The position numbers were made by a program, and so were the translations under genes. 64,000 nt of DNA. It comes from an uncultured Candidatus Bathyarchaeia archaeon (GTDB lineage: Archaea; Thermoproteota; Bathyarchaeia; Bathyarchaeales; SOJC01). Below are positions 48,056 through 59,667 of this stretch, piece after piece (the stretch's first letter is position 1; each line of letters begins with the position of its first letter). The notes under the pieces were generated by a model. It was not told the DNA's origin and did no database searches. It saw nothing but the letters and a program-made list of their open reading frames with translations. The stretch lies in contig CAYFWV010000028.1 in NCBI GenBank assembly GCA_964346975.1, positions 11,209-75,208 of the forward strand, written 5' to 3'.

Positions 48056-50227
48056 ATGAGCGAGATACAACTTCGCGTCGGAGACGCGAAACAAAGGGAT
48101 GTGGGCCGAGGTATCGCACGTCTGGATCAGAGCACTATGCAGAAACTGGGAATAAGTGCTGGTGATGTAATAGAGATAACCGGGAAACGCACCACCAGCG
48201 CCATCGCGTGGCCTGCGTACAGCGAAGACCAAAATCGTGGCATTATTCGAATCGATGGATTTGCTCGCAAAAATGCAGGTGTGGCCATAAATGAGTACGT
48301 GGTTGTCAAACCAGCAAGTGTGAAAAATGCCACGAACGTGGTTCTCGCCCCTGTGGATATGCGTCTGAACGTGGATGAAGACTTCACGAATTTTGTCAAG
48401 AACCGTCTAATGGAACGAACCTTTGTTGAAGGGGACACAACACTGGTGATGATGCTAGGTCACGCAATCCCTTTTACTGTCACAAAGAGTCGACCTCATG
48501 GAATTGTGCGCATTACCAAGGATACACACTTCCAGATTCTCAACGAACCCGCTCCAGAAGTCAAAGGAGTTCCTAGAACCACCTATGAAGACATAGGAGG
48601 GCTTCACGAAGAGATTCAACGCGTAAGGGAAATGGTGGAACTGCCGCTCAGGCACCCTGAGCTCTTCCAAAGACTTGGAATCGAGCCCCCAAAGGGCGTG
48701 TTGCTTCACGGCCCACCCGGCTGCGGCAAGACTCTGCTGGCAAGAGCTGTAGCAAACGAATCGGAGGCGAACTTCTTCTCCATAAATGGCCCTGAGATTA
48801 TGAGCAAGTTCTATGGTGAATCTGAAGCGAGGCTAAGAGAGATCTTCCAGCAAGCTCAGCAAAACTCTCCAAGCATAATTTTCGTAGACGAGTTGGATGC
48901 AATCGCACCGAAAAGAGAAGAGGTGACTGGCGAGGTTGAAAGGAGAGTGGTTGCCCAATTATTGGCTTTAATGGATGGTTTGAGTGGAAGGGGTAACGTG
49001 ATTGTTATTGGAGCGACCAATCGACCCAGCGCCCTTGATCCCGCACTGAGGAGACCTGGCCGCTTTGACCGAGAGATCGAGATAGGCGTTCCAGACAAGC
49101 AGGCGCGTCATGAAATAATGCAGATCCACACACGCGGAATGCCCTTGGCAGAAGAAGTCGACTTGAAGAAGTTGTCAGAGATGACTCATGGTTACACAGG
49201 TGCGGATCTTGCAGCTCTAAGCAGAGAGACAGCTATGAAATCTCTGCGCAGATACTTGCCTGAGATCAATCTTGAGGAAGAACACATCCCACCAACGGTT
49301 CTTGAGAAGATGGACGTGCGGATGGAAGACTTCCTGAATGCCTACAGAGAAATAACTCCCACAGCTATGCGAGAAGTGTACATAGAGACCCCAACCGTAA
49401 ACTGGACTGATATCGGTGGATTGAAGAATGTCAAGCAGCAGCTGGTTGAGGCGGTTGAATGGCCTTTGAAGACCCCTGAAATCTTCAGCAGACTGGGCAT
49501 CAAACCACCAAAAGGAATTCTCTTGTTCGGTCCACCCGGCTGTGGCAAGACCATGTTGGCGAGAGCAGTTGCGACTGAAAGTGAAGCCAATTTTATAACG
49601 ATAAAAGGACCTGAAGTTTTCAGCAAATGGGTAGGGGAGTCTGAAAAGGCTATCCGAGAAGTGTTTCGAAAGGCGAGAATGGCTTCACCCTCAGTGATCT
49701 TCTTTGACGAGTTTGACTCTCTTGTACCGCGGAGAGGGATGGGATTCGCAGACAGTGGCGTTACAGAACGTGTAATCAGCCAGCTCTTAACGGAGATTGA
49801 TGGGATTGTCACATTGGAAGACGTAGTTGTGATCGCAGCAACCAATCGACCCGACATTATAGATCAAGCGGTTCTCAGACCAGGAAGATTTGACAGACTA
49901 ATCTATGTGCCTGAGCCGGACGAAGAGGCTAGGCTAGAGATTTTGAAGATTTACACCAAGGGCATGCCATTGGACAAAGATGTGGATATCCAGGTCCTTG
50001 CTAGGGGGACGAAAGGCTATAGTGGCGCAGATTTACAAGCCTATTGTCGTGAAGCCGCCTTGAACGCGCTTCGAACGAACATAGACTCGAAGGTGGTGAC
50101 ATTGACAGACTTCAATGAAGCTGGAAAAGGCATAGGTCCAACGATTTCACCAGACATGGAAACCTGGTATAAAGGGTTTATCAAACAGGTCAGGAAGCTT
50201 CGCAAGCCAACAACACCTGTCGCGTAA
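48056..50227 (+). CDS. cdc48: CDC48/VCP-type AAA+ ATPase (two AAA domains)
   Basis: N-domain [19 protein letters not shown]. Two Walker A motifs [11 protein letters not shown] and [17 protein letters not shown] and DEFDSL Walker B motifs. Confidence 0.95.
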   Translation: MSEIQLRVGDAKQRDVGRGIARLDQSTMQKLGISAGDVIEITGKRTTSAIAWPAYSEDQNRGIIRIDGFARKNAGVAINEYVVVKPASVKNATNVVLAPVDMRLNVDEDFTNFVKNRLMERTFVEGDTTLVMMLGHAIPFTVTKSRPHGIVRITKDTHFQILNEPAPEVKGVPRTTYEDIGGLHEEIQRVREMVELPLRHPELFQRLGIEPPKGVLLHGPPGCGKTLLARAVANESEANFFSINGPEIMSKFYGESEARLREIFQQAQQNSPSIIFVDELDAIAPKREEVTGEVERRVVAQLLALMDGLSGRGNVIVIGATNRPSALDPALRRPGRFDREIEIGVPDKQARHEIMQIHTRGMPLAEEVDLKKLSEMTHGYTGADLAALSRETAMKSLRRYLPEINLEEEHIPPTVLEKMDVRMEDFLNAYREITPTAMREVYIETPTVNWTDIGGLKNVKQQLVEAVEWPLKTPEIFSRLGIKPPKGILLFGPPGCGKTMLARAVATESEANFITIKGPEVFSKWVGESEKAIREVFRKARMASPSVIFFDEFDSLVPRRGMGFADSGVTERVISQLLTEIDGIVTLEDVVVIAATNRPDIIDQAVLRPGRFDRLIYVPEPDEEARLEILKIYTKGMPLDKDVDIQVLARGTKGYSGADLQAYCREAALNALRTNIDSKVVTLTDFNEAGKGIGPTISPDMETWYKGFIKQVRKLRKPTTPVA

Positions 50228-50239
50228 GAGGTGTGTAGC

Positions 50240-50488
50240 ATGAACGTGAGAACGTGGAAACCGCACCCTCTTCACACAGTCATGATTGAACTACTGCAGA
50301 GAAAGGGACCGGCAACTGACACCGATCTGCTGAGCATGATGAAGGAAGTCTACAGCGACTTGTCCTTCAATGTCTACAATAAGGAGCTTATGCGCCTGGA
50401 GATAGAGGGTCTGATTCATGTTTCTACCTTGACGAAAGGTAAACGAAGAGTTGAGCTGCTCAAAAAAGCTGAAAGTGGGGAAAAATAG
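50240..50488 (+). CDS. small hypothetical protein (possibly wHTH-like)
   Basis: 82 aa directly after cdc48. No family recognised. Confidence 0.4.
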   Translation: MNVRTWKPHPLHTVMIELLQRKGPATDTDLLSMMKEVYSDLSFNVYNKELMRLEIEGLIHVSTLTKGKRRVELLKKAESGEK

Positions 50489-50499
50489 CTCCAGTGGTC

Positions 50500-50781
50500 T
50501 CACAGGTTCTTCGTGTTTTCTTTGGAGAGTCCACGGGCTGTCCTTCTCGCTGTTGCTCCGAGCTTGGTGGAAGGAACATAGGCTCCACCCGTGAATGTGA
50601 ATCCACACTTTCTACAGCTCCAAATCCCAACACTACAGCGCTTGACGCTTGGAGCTTTACACTTTGGACAAGTATGGCGTCTCTTGGTTTCTGACACAAC
50701 CTCCACATATCGCTTCCTCACAGTAGCGCCATATCGAGCTGCGAAGCCGCCAGCCAAGCCAACTTTCTTGGTTCTCCCCAT
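50500..50781 (-). CDS. rpl37ae: ribosomal protein L37Ae (eL43)
   Basis: [44 protein letters not shown]. Confidence 0.93.
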   Translation of the reverse strand: MGRTKKVGLAGGFAARYGATVRKRYVEVVSETKRRHTCPKCKAPSVKRCSVGIWSCRKCGFTFTGGAYVPSTKLGATARRTARGLSKENTKNL

Positions 50782-51575
50782 CAGTCTTTCACCACAAGTT
50801 TCCGCATTTCTGCTGCCTTTTCAACCGCGACTTTTGAGAGTTCCAGAATCCGTTCAACAGTGAAGTACCCATTTCCTCCTTTCTGGATCGCACATATTTT
50901 TCCATCCTTCTCCACAGTGATTGTCAATCTGGAATCCATCACCTGTTCTTCCTCCAACCAAGGATCTACAACGAATCTATCGTTTATCTTAGCAAAAGTC
51001 ACTGGTATCGGATGGTTTTGGATTGGCAGAGGAATGTACCCCGGCTTCACTTTGATCTCCCCATTTTCCAGCTCATACTTGAACATTTTGGTGTTCAGTA
51101 GAGCTGCTAGAGCAGCGATGGCTGAGGCGTCAATGAGGTTTCCATCATGATTCAACACGTATAAATCGATGAAGACGATGACTACCTTCTTTCCCGGCTC
51201 CAGACAGAGTGCCTCGACATCTATAGCTTTAGATTCCCGTATACCTCTGTCAACAACTCTTGCGAGCTCGATGGCATCTTCGTTAGGAGGACCTGGTTCG
51301 AATAGAGGCGACGCGAGAGGAACCAGCTCAGCATTAACTGTCATGACTCCATCGTTTGGAGTGTCTGGAAACGGTTCTCCGATTTGGATTTTCACTCCAA
51401 CTAGGACCTCAGTATTGCCTAGAAGAACACGAGCTGAACCTTCGGCTTTTTCAATGAGGCCGACCTCCAACTTCATCTCGCGATAATCATACAAGCTTCT
51501 TCCATCTAGTCTTTTGCCGCTGTCGATCAATTCCGCAATCTGCTTTTGCTTCACGCGTGAAATGGCTGACATCAC
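50781..51575 (-). CDS. rrp42: exosome complex component Rrp42
   Basis: RNase PH-like, 264 aa. ..[29 protein letters not shown].. Overlaps neighbours on both sides. Confidence 0.9.
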   Translation of the reverse strand: MMSAISRVKQKQIAELIDSGKRLDGRSLYDYREMKLEVGLIEKAEGSARVLLGNTEVLVGVKIQIGEPFPDTPNDGVMTVNAELVPLASPLFEPGPPNEDAIELARVVDRGIRESKAIDVEALCLEPGKKVVIVFIDLYVLNHDGNLIDASAIAALAALLNTKMFKYELENGEIKVKPGYIPLPIQNHPIPVTFAKINDRFVVDPWLEEEQVMDSRLTITVEKDGKICAIQKGGNGYFTVERILELSKVAVEKAAEMRKLVVKD

Positions 51576-52309
51576 TCTTCAACCTCCTCCCTTACAGCCT
51601 CATATTTGGCTTTTATAGCTTGTTTCTGCAACTCGTAAAGCTGTTTGCAGCCCTCTAGAGAAAGGTTGATGATCTGTTCGAACTCTTGAAGATCCAATTG
51701 TCCATCCATCTGAAGCAGTGTCACCGCGTTTAGGTTGGGCATATATGCAAGAGGAACATCTGCTTCCCCTTTCTTGTCTTCCACATCATTCAAATCCAGA
51801 ACAATCTTCCCTTCCACCTTGCCTGCAGCACACGCAACAGTCAAATCGCGCAATGGAATTCCGGCATCTGCCAAGGCCAATGAAGCAACAGTTATTCCGG
51901 CACATCGTGTTCCACCATGGGCTTGAAGAACTTCTATGAAAAGGTCTATTGATGTACGTGGGTAGTATTCCAGAAAAACAGATGGCTCTAAAGCTTGGCG
52001 TATGACTTTTGAGAGCTCTATGTCTCTTCTGGAAGGGGCAGGCGATTTTCTTTCATCAACTGAAAAGGGCGCCATGTGATATCGGCATCTCAAAAGGGCG
52101 CGATCAGGCTGTGCAAGGTGTTTGGGGTGGGCTTCCCGCGGTCCATAGACAGCCGCCAGGATTTTGTTCTTACCTTGCTCAATATATGCTGATCCGTCTG
52201 CGTTGCCAAGGACACCTACTTCAATCTTGGTTGGTCTAAGTTCTGTAGGCTTTCTTCCATCTACTCTAATATTGTCCTTGCTAATCATTTTCTCCTCTGT
52301 CTTAGGCAT
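51572..52309 (-). CDS. rrp41: exosome complex exonuclease Rrp41
   Basis: [46 protein letters not shown]. Confidence 0.93.
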   Translation of the reverse strand: MPKTEEKMISKDNIRVDGRKPTELRPTKIEVGVLGNADGSAYIEQGKNKILAAVYGPREAHPKHLAQPDRALLRCRYHMAPFSVDERKSPAPSRRDIELSKVIRQALEPSVFLEYYPRTSIDLFIEVLQAHGGTRCAGITVASLALADAGIPLRDLTVACAAGKVEGKIVLDLNDVEDKKGEADVPLAYMPNLNAVTLLQMDGQLDLQEFEQIINLSLEGCKQLYELQKQAIKAKYEAVREEVEE

Positions 52310-53009
52310 TTTTTTCTCCTATCTCCTCTTTTTCTTTTTGCAACATCTCAGTGACCCTATCTGTCAATCCACTTGTGTGGGACTCGTTTTCGATTTTGCG
52401 GATAGCTGTAGCAGCAAGCTGGATGTTTCTTGGGTTATTCCCGATTATTAGAGTCAAACCGTTTTGACCTAGAAGAATCTGGCATCCAGTTTCGCGCTTT
52501 ATCATGCTGATCATCGAACCTTTCCTACCGATTATTCTTGGGATTTTTGATGGAGTGATTCTGATAATCTGGCCACGTGAAATCTTTCCTAGTCCAGGTT
52601 CTCGCACTGTCAGAAGGGGATCTCGAGTTCTATCAGTGGACACGATTTTTGCTATGACCAAGTCACCTACATCAAAAATCGATGATAGGTCGTCTTTCTG
52701 GGGGCGATAGGAGCGTTCAATAACATCAGAAGCACGCAACAGTCCTGGATATGGAGCATTTATGTCCAAGATCCATCCGCTCATTATTAGGTCTGTTACT
52801 TTGCCGATTATGGTGTCTCCAACCTTTGGAGTGTAGAAAGCTTTCAATGCGACAACACTTACCAATCTCTCGCTGTACTGAACAAGTCCAACATGCGTTG
52901 AGTACACTTTTTCATTCTCCTTATAGGTGTTCTCCCCGGCGACGTAGTTTCCTTCAGCTACGAGATCGCCAGGAGCCACAAGTTGTCTATTCTCATAGAA
53001 CGTGGGCAT
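52302..53009 (-). CDS. rrp4: exosome RNA-binding subunit Rrp4 (S1 plus KH)
   Basis: ..[23 protein letters not shown].. (S1) and ..[23 protein letters not shown] (KH). Confidence 0.9.
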   Translation of the reverse strand: MPTFYENRQLVAPGDLVAEGNYVAGENTYKENEKVYSTHVGLVQYSERLVSVVALKAFYTPKVGDTIIGKVTDLIMSGWILDINAPYPGLLRASDVIERSYRPQKDDLSSIFDVGDLVIAKIVSTDRTRDPLLTVREPGLGKISRGQIIRITPSKIPRIIGRKGSMISMIKRETGCQILLGQNGLTLIIGNNPRNIQLAATAIRKIENESHTSGLTDRVTEMLQKEKEEIGEKNA

Positions 53010-53048
53010 TTCTTATTACATCATCCTCAATCTTTTCTCAACCATTCT

Positions 53049-53735
53049 TTAAACTCTTTTAGCCTCTGCGGTTCCTTTCGTGAGATCTCCAAGTTTGTCT
53101 AGAAAGGGTCCATAGAGGCCTGCTGGCATTTCAATGACAGAAATCCATGAGCCGTCTGCTCGCCATTCATCACTTTTTATCTCGCCATAACCCTTAACTG
53201 TGCCATATGCTCTGGCTGCGAATTCAGTGGGGATGCTGACCTTCACTCGAATGTTCTCTACTTTTAGTGGAAGAATCGGACGCAACAGTTTCATGACTTC
53301 TTTGGCTTGCTCCTCAGTCTCTTTAAATGGATCAATTGAGTAGCGTATCTGATCCATTGCTTGTTCGACTCGAATAGGTGGGTGTGGTAGGTTCGATCTG
53401 GGATCCACGGCTTGTCTTGCTATGAAGGCGATTATCTGTTTTCTCTTCTCTGAGGTTAGCTGTTTTCTCTGATCGGTTGTTAACTGCAAAGTTCCCTTTC
53501 TTAGTATTGTTGTCGCGATTTCTTTGGCGTCGATTGTCTTGAAAGCTGCTTTTAGTTTGTCTTCACTAGCTCGGGTTCCCTTGTTTGCGTCACTGAATAT
53601 CGTTTCCGCAGCTAGAGCTTCAGAGATCGATGTAGTCTTTCCCATTCTGTAATTTAACGCAGGTTGGGGCTTCACTAGAATCTCAAATTGCTCACCGTCG
53701 CGGCTTATTCGTGCAACGGTGTATCGTTCACTCAT
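53049..53735 (-). CDS. sdo1: SBDS-family ribosome maturation protein
   Basis: YTVARISRDGEQFEILVKPQPALNYRMGK... 228 aa, in the conserved position between psmA and rrp4. Confidence 0.9.
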   Translation of the reverse strand: MSERYTVARISRDGEQFEILVKPQPALNYRMGKTTSISEALAAETIFSDANKGTRASEDKLKAAFKTIDAKEIATTILRKGTLQLTTDQRKQLTSEKRKQIIAFIARQAVDPRSNLPHPPIRVEQAMDQIRYSIDPFKETEEQAKEVMKLLRPILPLKVENIRVKVSIPTEFAARAYGTVKGYGEIKSDEWRADGSWISVIEMPAGLYGPFLDKLGDLTKGTAEAKRV

Positions 53736-53750
53736 CTTGGTTTTTCACTC

Positions 53751-54473
53751 TTAGTCTACGGCGCTAAGATACTTCTCAACTTCGTCGTCGGGAATGGCGT
53801 GATATGTCTTTGTCGCGAAGGGCACTGTACTGATTTTTATCCTTACCTGTTCTTCTCGAGCTTGCAGAGCTTTCTTTAGGCATTTCGCTGCTAGGCTCAC
53901 AGTCTCATCCAGTTTCAAAGCTTCACTGTATTCGGCTTTCAAGACTGCTTCAACTGCTTCTCTTCCTACTCCGACCGCAACAGCTTTATACGCTCTATAG
54001 GTTCCACTCGGGTCAGTGGAGAAAAGCCGGCTTCCGGTCTTGTCGACGCCACCCAAGATTATTGATACGCCGAAGGGTCGCACTCCTGCGTGTTGTGTGT
54101 ACAGCTGCTTTATGTCGCCTATGCGCTTGGAAATCATCTCGATATCGATTGGTTCATCATACATTAGTCTGTTGCTTTGACAAAAGACTCGAGCTTGATC
54201 TATTAGAATACGGGCATCAGAGCCCAAACCCACAACTGCTGCACCTATGTGGGCATCCACTTCGAAAATCTTCCACGTGAAGCTTGAGTCCTGCAGTTTT
54301 GATTCGATTTTTTCCTCTGCTCCCAAAACTATACCTTCTGGACAGACTAATCCTAGTATTGTTGCCCCACGATTCACGGTCTCAAGGGCGTACTCTACTT
54401 GGAATAGTCGACCATCTGGAGAGAAAACAGTAATCGCTCGATCATATGCGCCTGGTGCTGCAAATATTGACAT
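53751..54473 (-). CDS. psmA: proteasome subunit alpha
   Basis: ..YDRAITVFSPDGRLFQVEYALE.. ATG 54473 is preceded by GAGGTGA. Confidence 0.93.
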   Translation of the reverse strand: MSIFAAPGAYDRAITVFSPDGRLFQVEYALETVNRGATILGLVCPEGIVLGAEEKIESKLQDSSFTWKIFEVDAHIGAAVVGLGSDARILIDQARVFCQSNRLMYDEPIDIEMISKRIGDIKQLYTQHAGVRPFGVSIILGGVDKTGSRLFSTDPSGTYRAYKAVAVGVGREAVEAVLKAEYSEALKLDETVSLAAKCLKKALQAREEQVRIKISTVPFATKTYHAIPDDEVEKYLSAVD

Positions 54474-54634
54474 TAATTTCACCTCATGCAGACGTTACTC
54501 ACTTGCTTGACAAGAATCAGCAAGCTTAACTAAAAACCTTTTCGCATCATTTCGAACGGTCGGGAGATTGCGCTCGAAGAGAATCGGACACGTAAGTTGG
54601 CCGTTATGTATTATTGAGGTAAGGCTTATTATGA

Positions 54635-55699
54635 ATGCACTCCGTTTTCTATTGGTGGTGCTCTGTCCTGGGGGTCAGACTTGGTGAAATGGTTCCCAAA
54701 ACAACTATTTCGCTAGTGTGTCTCGTAGGTAAATCCATTGCTATTGACGCCTACAACACGCTTTACCAATTCCTTGCGATTATCCGTCTCCCAAATGGGA
54801 CTCCGCTAAAGGACCGAAGTGGCAGGGTTACAAGTCACCTCAGTGGTCTTCTTTATCGCAACTCAAACTTGATGGAGGTTGGTGTCAAAATCGTCTATGT
54901 TTTTGACGGAGCACCACCGGTGCTGAAGGATGCTGAGATCAAGCGGCGGTCGAAGGGGAAAGCAAAAGCACGAGTATTGTATAGAAAAGCTCTAGCGGAA
55001 GGAAAAATCGAAGAAGCTCGCACCTATGCTCAAGCTACATCTCGTGTAGAGAGCTACATGGAAACTGATAGCAAACATCTTCTAACTCTTATGGGGATTC
55101 CTTGGGTTCAAGCTCCAAGTGAAGGAGAAGCTCAGGCTGCATATTTGACTAAGAAGGGGATTACAGATTTCTGCGCCAGCCAAGACTATGATTCACTCCT
55201 GTACGGGGCTCCCACTCTACTGAGAAATGTGGCCATAAGTGGTCGGCGTAAGCTCCCGAAAAGACCAATATATGTCGACGTAGTTCCAGAGATTGTTGAG
55301 CTTCAAGGAGTCACAAGTAAACTGGGCATATCCTATGAACAGCTGATTGACATAGGGCTGCTTATAGGAACCGACTACAACCCAGGAGTCAAAGGAATCG
55401 GCCCCAAAACCGCCTTGAAACTAGTCAAGGAACACGGCAGCTTGGATGAAGTGCTGGAGGCAGTCGTTACAGACTCTCAGCAATCCCTTGAGCTGAGGAG
55501 AATAAAGAACATGTTTCTCCATCCGAAAGTAACTGATGACTACAGTCTAGGCTGGAATGAACCTCAAGAAGATTCTCTTGTTCGGTTCTTGTGTGGAGAA
55601 CATGACTTTGCTGAGGATCGCGTGCGGAAAGCGCTGGACAAGATGCGGCGAATGGGAGATGGGAAGGCTCACACAACGCTTGACACGTTTATTAGATAG
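54635..55699 (+). CDS. fen: flap endonuclease 1
   Basis: LGVRLGEMVPKTTISL..GKSIAIDAYNTLYQFLAIIR..GIPWVQAPSEGEAQAAYL..GTDYNPGVKGIGPKTALKLV. Start uncertain (see findings). Confidence 0.9.
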   Translation: MHSVFYWWCSVLGVRLGEMVPKTTISLVCLVGKSIAIDAYNTLYQFLAIIRLPNGTPLKDRSGRVTSHLSGLLYRNSNLMEVGVKIVYVFDGAPPVLKDAEIKRRSKGKAKARVLYRKALAEGKIEEARTYAQATSRVESYMETDSKHLLTLMGIPWVQAPSEGEAQAAYLTKKGITDFCASQDYDSLLYGAPTLLRNVAISGRRKLPKRPIYVDVVPEIVELQGVTSKLGISYEQLIDIGLLIGTDYNPGVKGIGPKTALKLVKEHGSLDEVLEAVVTDSQQSLELRRIKNMFLHPKVTDDYSLGWNEPQEDSLVRFLCGEHDFAEDRVRKALDKMRRMGDGKAHTTLDTFIR

Positions 55700-55701
55700 G
55701 C

Positions 55702-56394
55702 TCAAGTCGTATGACCGTAACTTCCAGTCAATGGCACAAAGGCGACCCCGCCGAGATTCTCTCTCTTCAAGTTGCCATCGGAGCTTTTTGTTATCTTAAG
55801 TAGAGTTTGAAATAGGTGCTTGCTCCCTACAGGAATAACCAATGACCCTCCAGTTTTGAGTTGGTGCACAAGTGGAGGTGGGACTTCAGGGGCAGCAGCG
55901 GTTACGAGAATGCGATCATAGGGACTCCTCTCTGTGTAGCCCATAGAGCCGTCTCCATGAACTACGGTCACTCTATCACCGAATCCATTGCGTATTATGT
56001 TCTCTCTTGCTAGTTTGGCCAGATCTTCGACAATTTCCACGGTGTACACGTGACCCCGCTCTGATCTCGGAGCATCTATTGGAGCAACAATCTCTCCTAT
56101 GGTTGCAGCATGCCACCCACATCCTGAACCGATCTCCAAGACCTGGTGACCCGTTTTCAGTTGCAAAGCTTCATTCATGATTCCAACCATGTGAGGTGCA
56201 CTTACTGTCTGGCCTTTGCCTATTGGTAGTGGTGCATCAACAGATGCGTATTCAATTGACCGTTCCGGGAGAAAAAGGCTTCGTGGAACGCTTTTCATCG
56301 AGCGAACGATGCGTTGGGAACGTACAACATTGTCTCTAGCAAGGCTTTCCACCAGTTCTATCCAGGTCTTGGTGTCCCTCTTCATCTTGGTCAC
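55702..56394 (-). CDS. pcm: protein-L-isoaspartate O-methyltransferase
   Basis: ..VPRSLFLP..QTVSAPHMVGIMNEAL..VLEIGSGCGWHAA..DRILVTAAAPEVP. Confidence 0.9.
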   Translation of the reverse strand: MTKMKRDTKTWIELVESLARDNVVRSQRIVRSMKSVPRSLFLPERSIEYASVDAPLPIGKGQTVSAPHMVGIMNEALQLKTGHQVLEIGSGCGWHAATIGEIVAPIDAPRSERGHVYTVEIVEDLAKLARENIIRNGFGDRVTVVHGDGSMGYTERSPYDRILVTAAAPEVPPPLVHQLKTGGSLVIPVGSKHLFQTLLKITKSSDGNLKRENLGGVAFVPLTGSYGHTT

Positions 56395-56455
56395 TGTTCA
56401 CCAAGATTATCTAGCTGTTTGCTTAAAGCATTGCGACCACGTTGCAAGCAAACTC

Positions 56456-58320
56456 TCATTTGACTGTCACGGATTTCGCCAGGTTGCGGGGCATATCCGG
56501 ATCGCAGCCTCGTTCAAGAGCCATATAGTAGGCAAATAGCTGAAGAGGAACCACGTAAGGTATGGGCGACAAGACTCCTGGGATTCCTTTCGTGATTTCA
56601 ACATAATCGTCTGCAAGCTCAATAATGCTTTCATCTCCTTCTTCACAAATCGCAATGACTGAAGCTCCTCTAGCTTTCATTTCAAGTATGTTGTTCATCA
56701 AAGTCTTTCTCGTGTCGTCAGGTGGACATATGAAAATGACTGGAAAACCTGGCTGTATCAGACTAATTGGACCATGTTTGCTTTCTCCTGCTGGAAAGGC
56801 TATTGATGGTATATACGCGATCTCCATTAGCTTGAGGCGACCTTCCAATGCAGTTGCGTAGCTCATTCCTCTGCCCAAGAAGAAAAAGCATTTCTTGTCT
56901 CTGTACTTTCTTGCCAGTTCCATCACTTTTCTCTCTTGTGTTCGAACAATTCTTTCCACTATGTCAGGGATTCTATCGATTTTATCCTCCAAGAGATCAA
57001 TTTCCTCTTGTGAAACCTTTCCTCGCTTCTTTGCCAGTCGGACTGCTAGTTGAGATAGAACGGATAGCTGAGAAGTGAATGTCTTGGTTGCGGCCACTCC
57101 AATCTCTGGTCCAGACTGTTGACCTATGTAGACTCTCGAGACTCGTGTCAAGGTGGAACCTACAACATTTGTCAATCCGAGTATTGTAGCTGCTCTTTGT
57201 CTTGCGCTTTCGACAGCAGCTAGGGTATCTGCAGTTTCCCCGGATTGACTTACGGTCAATATTGTGCTGTCAATGTTTACGGATTTGCCATGTTGTTCGA
57301 CGAATTCTGAAGCTATCGCGGGATGAGTGGCTAGAAAAGACAATTTTGAGAACATGTAGGATGCTGCTAGGCAAGCGTGATATGAGGTGCCGCACGCAAC
57401 CATGAAAACTTCTCGTGCCCGGTCTAGGAAGGTTGTCATGAGTTCCAGATACTTATCCTGCAACCTGAGTGTGTTGCGAAGGCAAGCTGGCTGTTCATTA
57501 ATCTCTTTGAGCATGAAGTGGGGATATCCTTGCTTCTCCGCCATCTCTGAGACCAGTCAATCACTCTTGGCTTGTATTGCACTTGAACTCCAGAGGAGAT
57601 TTTCCTGACTTCAAGCGTGTCTTTAGTAACTACAGCGAATTCCCCGTTTTCAAGGAAAACAACCTCATTTGTCAGGGGTAGAATCGCAGGAACGTCTGAA
57701 GCCAAATATGATGCTCCATCCGCAATTCCCAAGACTAAAGGGCTTTCATTTCTAGCACAAATGAGAGTATTCGGGTTTCCAGCGGAAACCACTGCTATTG
57801 CATAGGATCCATGGAAACGTTGAACCGCACTCAGTACCGCGTTCTTGAAGTCGGAACCAGCCCCTGTTTGAGATCCAGGGTCTTCGTTGGGTTTGCGCAT
57901 CAAATTCTCTTCTAGAAGATGAGCTATTACTTCGGTGTCAGTCTTCGACCTGAACTTGTGTCCTAGATCCTCCAGCTCCCTTTTCAGTTCAGCGTAGTTT
58001 TCGATTATGCCATTGTGAACAACTGCGATTTGAGGTGGCTCTGAACAACCGAAGTGGGGATGGGCATTGACCTGAGAGGGTGCCCCATGAGTAGCCCATC
58101 GCGTGTGCCCAATACCGATGCGCCCCGGCAGGTCATCCAGATTCCGGATAGCGTGAACTTCATCGATTTTTCCTGCATCCTTTTTCAGATAAATCTTGCC
58201 ATTATCTATCGTTGCCTCTCCAACGGAATCGTAGCCGCGATACTCAAGTCGTTTCAAAGCTGCATGAATAATTGGAGCAGCATTTCCCTCAGTCAGGATA
58301 CAGCCAAATATGCCGCACAC
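56456..58320 (-). pseudogene. glmS: glutamine--fructose-6-phosphate aminotransferase, frame broken by a 1-nt length change at ~57546-57555 (or an indel error)
   Basis: Track ORF 57436..58320 (MCGIFGCIL..RGYDSVG..HTRWATHG, GATase-2) plus ORF 56456..57544 (MAEKQGYPHFMLKEINEQP.. SIS domains ..VTVK). The junction reads ..YKPRVIDW / SEMAEKQGYPHFMLKEI in two frames. Confidence 0.9.
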
Positions 58321-58583
58321 TTTCTCATCACTTTAGTTAGTCTTACACAGATTTCTCGTTTGTTGAGACTATGAGTAAAGCGTGAACTATAAGGATTTTT
58401 AGAAAGCGAATTGTAGCTCTAAAGATTGCTTTCTAGTGGTTTGCAGTGTTCTTTGGAGATTTAGTTATCTTTCTCAAAATTGACTCTGAAATGGTGCTGT
58501 TCTAGAAATTGATTCAGTGATCCACTTCCTTTAATGAGTACAAGCTAGGATGAAGTGGCAGGTCAAGCCAAACCATTAACAAA

Positions 58584-58599
58584 ATATTTATAATAAAAA
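58584..58599 (+). promoter_or_regulatory. AT-rich TATA-like element upstream of 58624
   Basis: ATATTTATAATAAAAA 25-40 nt upstream of ATG 58624, with AGGAG at 58606. Confidence 0.4.
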
Positions 58600-58623
58600 C
58601 TGCCCAGGAGAAGTGGACAATCA

Positions 58624-59586
58624 ATGAAGAAGAAATTCCTGATCACAAAAGATACGGCTTCAACAGAGATTAAGGAAATCGCGGTATATACCAACCCGAA
58701 GAAACTAAAACTATTGCTGAATCCACTCACTTGGAAGGTTCTCTCGACCATTGGCGAGGAAGAGATGTACCCTATGGAGATAGCAAAGAAACTTGGCATT
58801 CATGAACAGAAGATCTACTACCACGTGAGAAAACTTGCGGAAGCAAACGCGATCAGAAAAGTTCGGGAGGAAGAGCGGAAGGGAGCTGTGGCCAAATTCT
58901 ACAGAGCCTCTTTTCCTGCCTTTGGAGTTGAGCTGCCTTTTGGCAGTCATATTCAGCAAACATCTCAAGTCGACATACCCTCCATGAAGCTACGACAATT
59001 CCTTGATCCATTTGTGAAGAACAATTCCTTTGATGGTAGAATCGTGGTGGGGAGCCCAGATCCCCATGGGCCTTTCAAGACCGTCGCTCGCGACGGCCAT
59101 TATGCTTCTTATTTAACGTTCTTTCTGGGACAGTATGCGAAGCTGCCAGATGAATTTGCCATCAAATTGGATGTTGACATAAAAGCTGAGAAGGAGGAGA
59201 AAAGCAACCTAATTCTAGTAGGAGGGCCGGGAACTAATCTTCTCACACAGGAGATCAACAGGCATCTGCCGATAAGATTCAACATGCTGCCTTCACAGCA
59301 AGGCTTTCTGTTCAACGGATTGGTTTCACCTCAAACCCAGAGTGTATATACTTCGGACTCAATGGGTCTTGTGGCCAAAATCCGAAATCCTTGGAGAAGA
59401 GAGAATAGAATCATGGTAGTCGCTGGAAACAAAGCCAACGCCACCAAAGGATGCGTTCTGGCGTTGGCGAAGTTTTCTGATCAAGTCCTTGAGAAATTCC
59501 AAGATCAGGAAAGTTACGCCGCGGTAATTCAAGGCTTCGATTTAGATGGAGATGGAAAAGTAGATTCGATAGAGGTTCTGGAATAG
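58624..59586 (+). CDS. wHTH (ArsR-like) domain protein with an uncharacterised C-terminal domain
   Basis: LLLNPLTWKVLSTIGEEEMYPMEIAKKLGIHEQKIYYHVRKLAEANAI. The C-terminal 220 aa are unassigned. Confidence 0.55.
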   Translation: MKKKFLITKDTASTEIKEIAVYTNPKKLKLLLNPLTWKVLSTIGEEEMYPMEIAKKLGIHEQKIYYHVRKLAEANAIRKVREEERKGAVAKFYRASFPAFGVELPFGSHIQQTSQVDIPSMKLRQFLDPFVKNNSFDGRIVVGSPDPHGPFKTVARDGHYASYLTFFLGQYAKLPDEFAIKLDVDIKAEKEEKSNLILVGGPGTNLLTQEINRHLPIRFNMLPSQQGFLFNGLVSPQTQSVYTSDSMGLVAKIRNPWRRENRIMVVAGNKANATKGCVLALAKFSDQVLEKFQDQESYAAVIQGFDLDGDGKVDSIEVLE

Positions 59587-59667
59587 AAGGCGAAGGCAGG
59601 ACGCCTTGATTATATCAGTTAGTCCCGAAACGAGCGGACAGAATCACCAAGCTGGATAGAAAGCAAG

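Noticed and set aside
39593-49857. Long antisense ORFs inside bshC (39593..40078), mbf1/hflX (43418..43933) and cdc48 (49342..49857, 48127..48438)
   Set aside because: The opposite-strand genes have strong family matches, and the antisense products have no recognisable features.
58321-58623. glmS ribozyme or riboswitch in the glmS leader
   Set aside because: The glmS ribozyme is a bacterial element. The spacer is AT-rich and unstructured by eye, and I could not recognise the conserved core.
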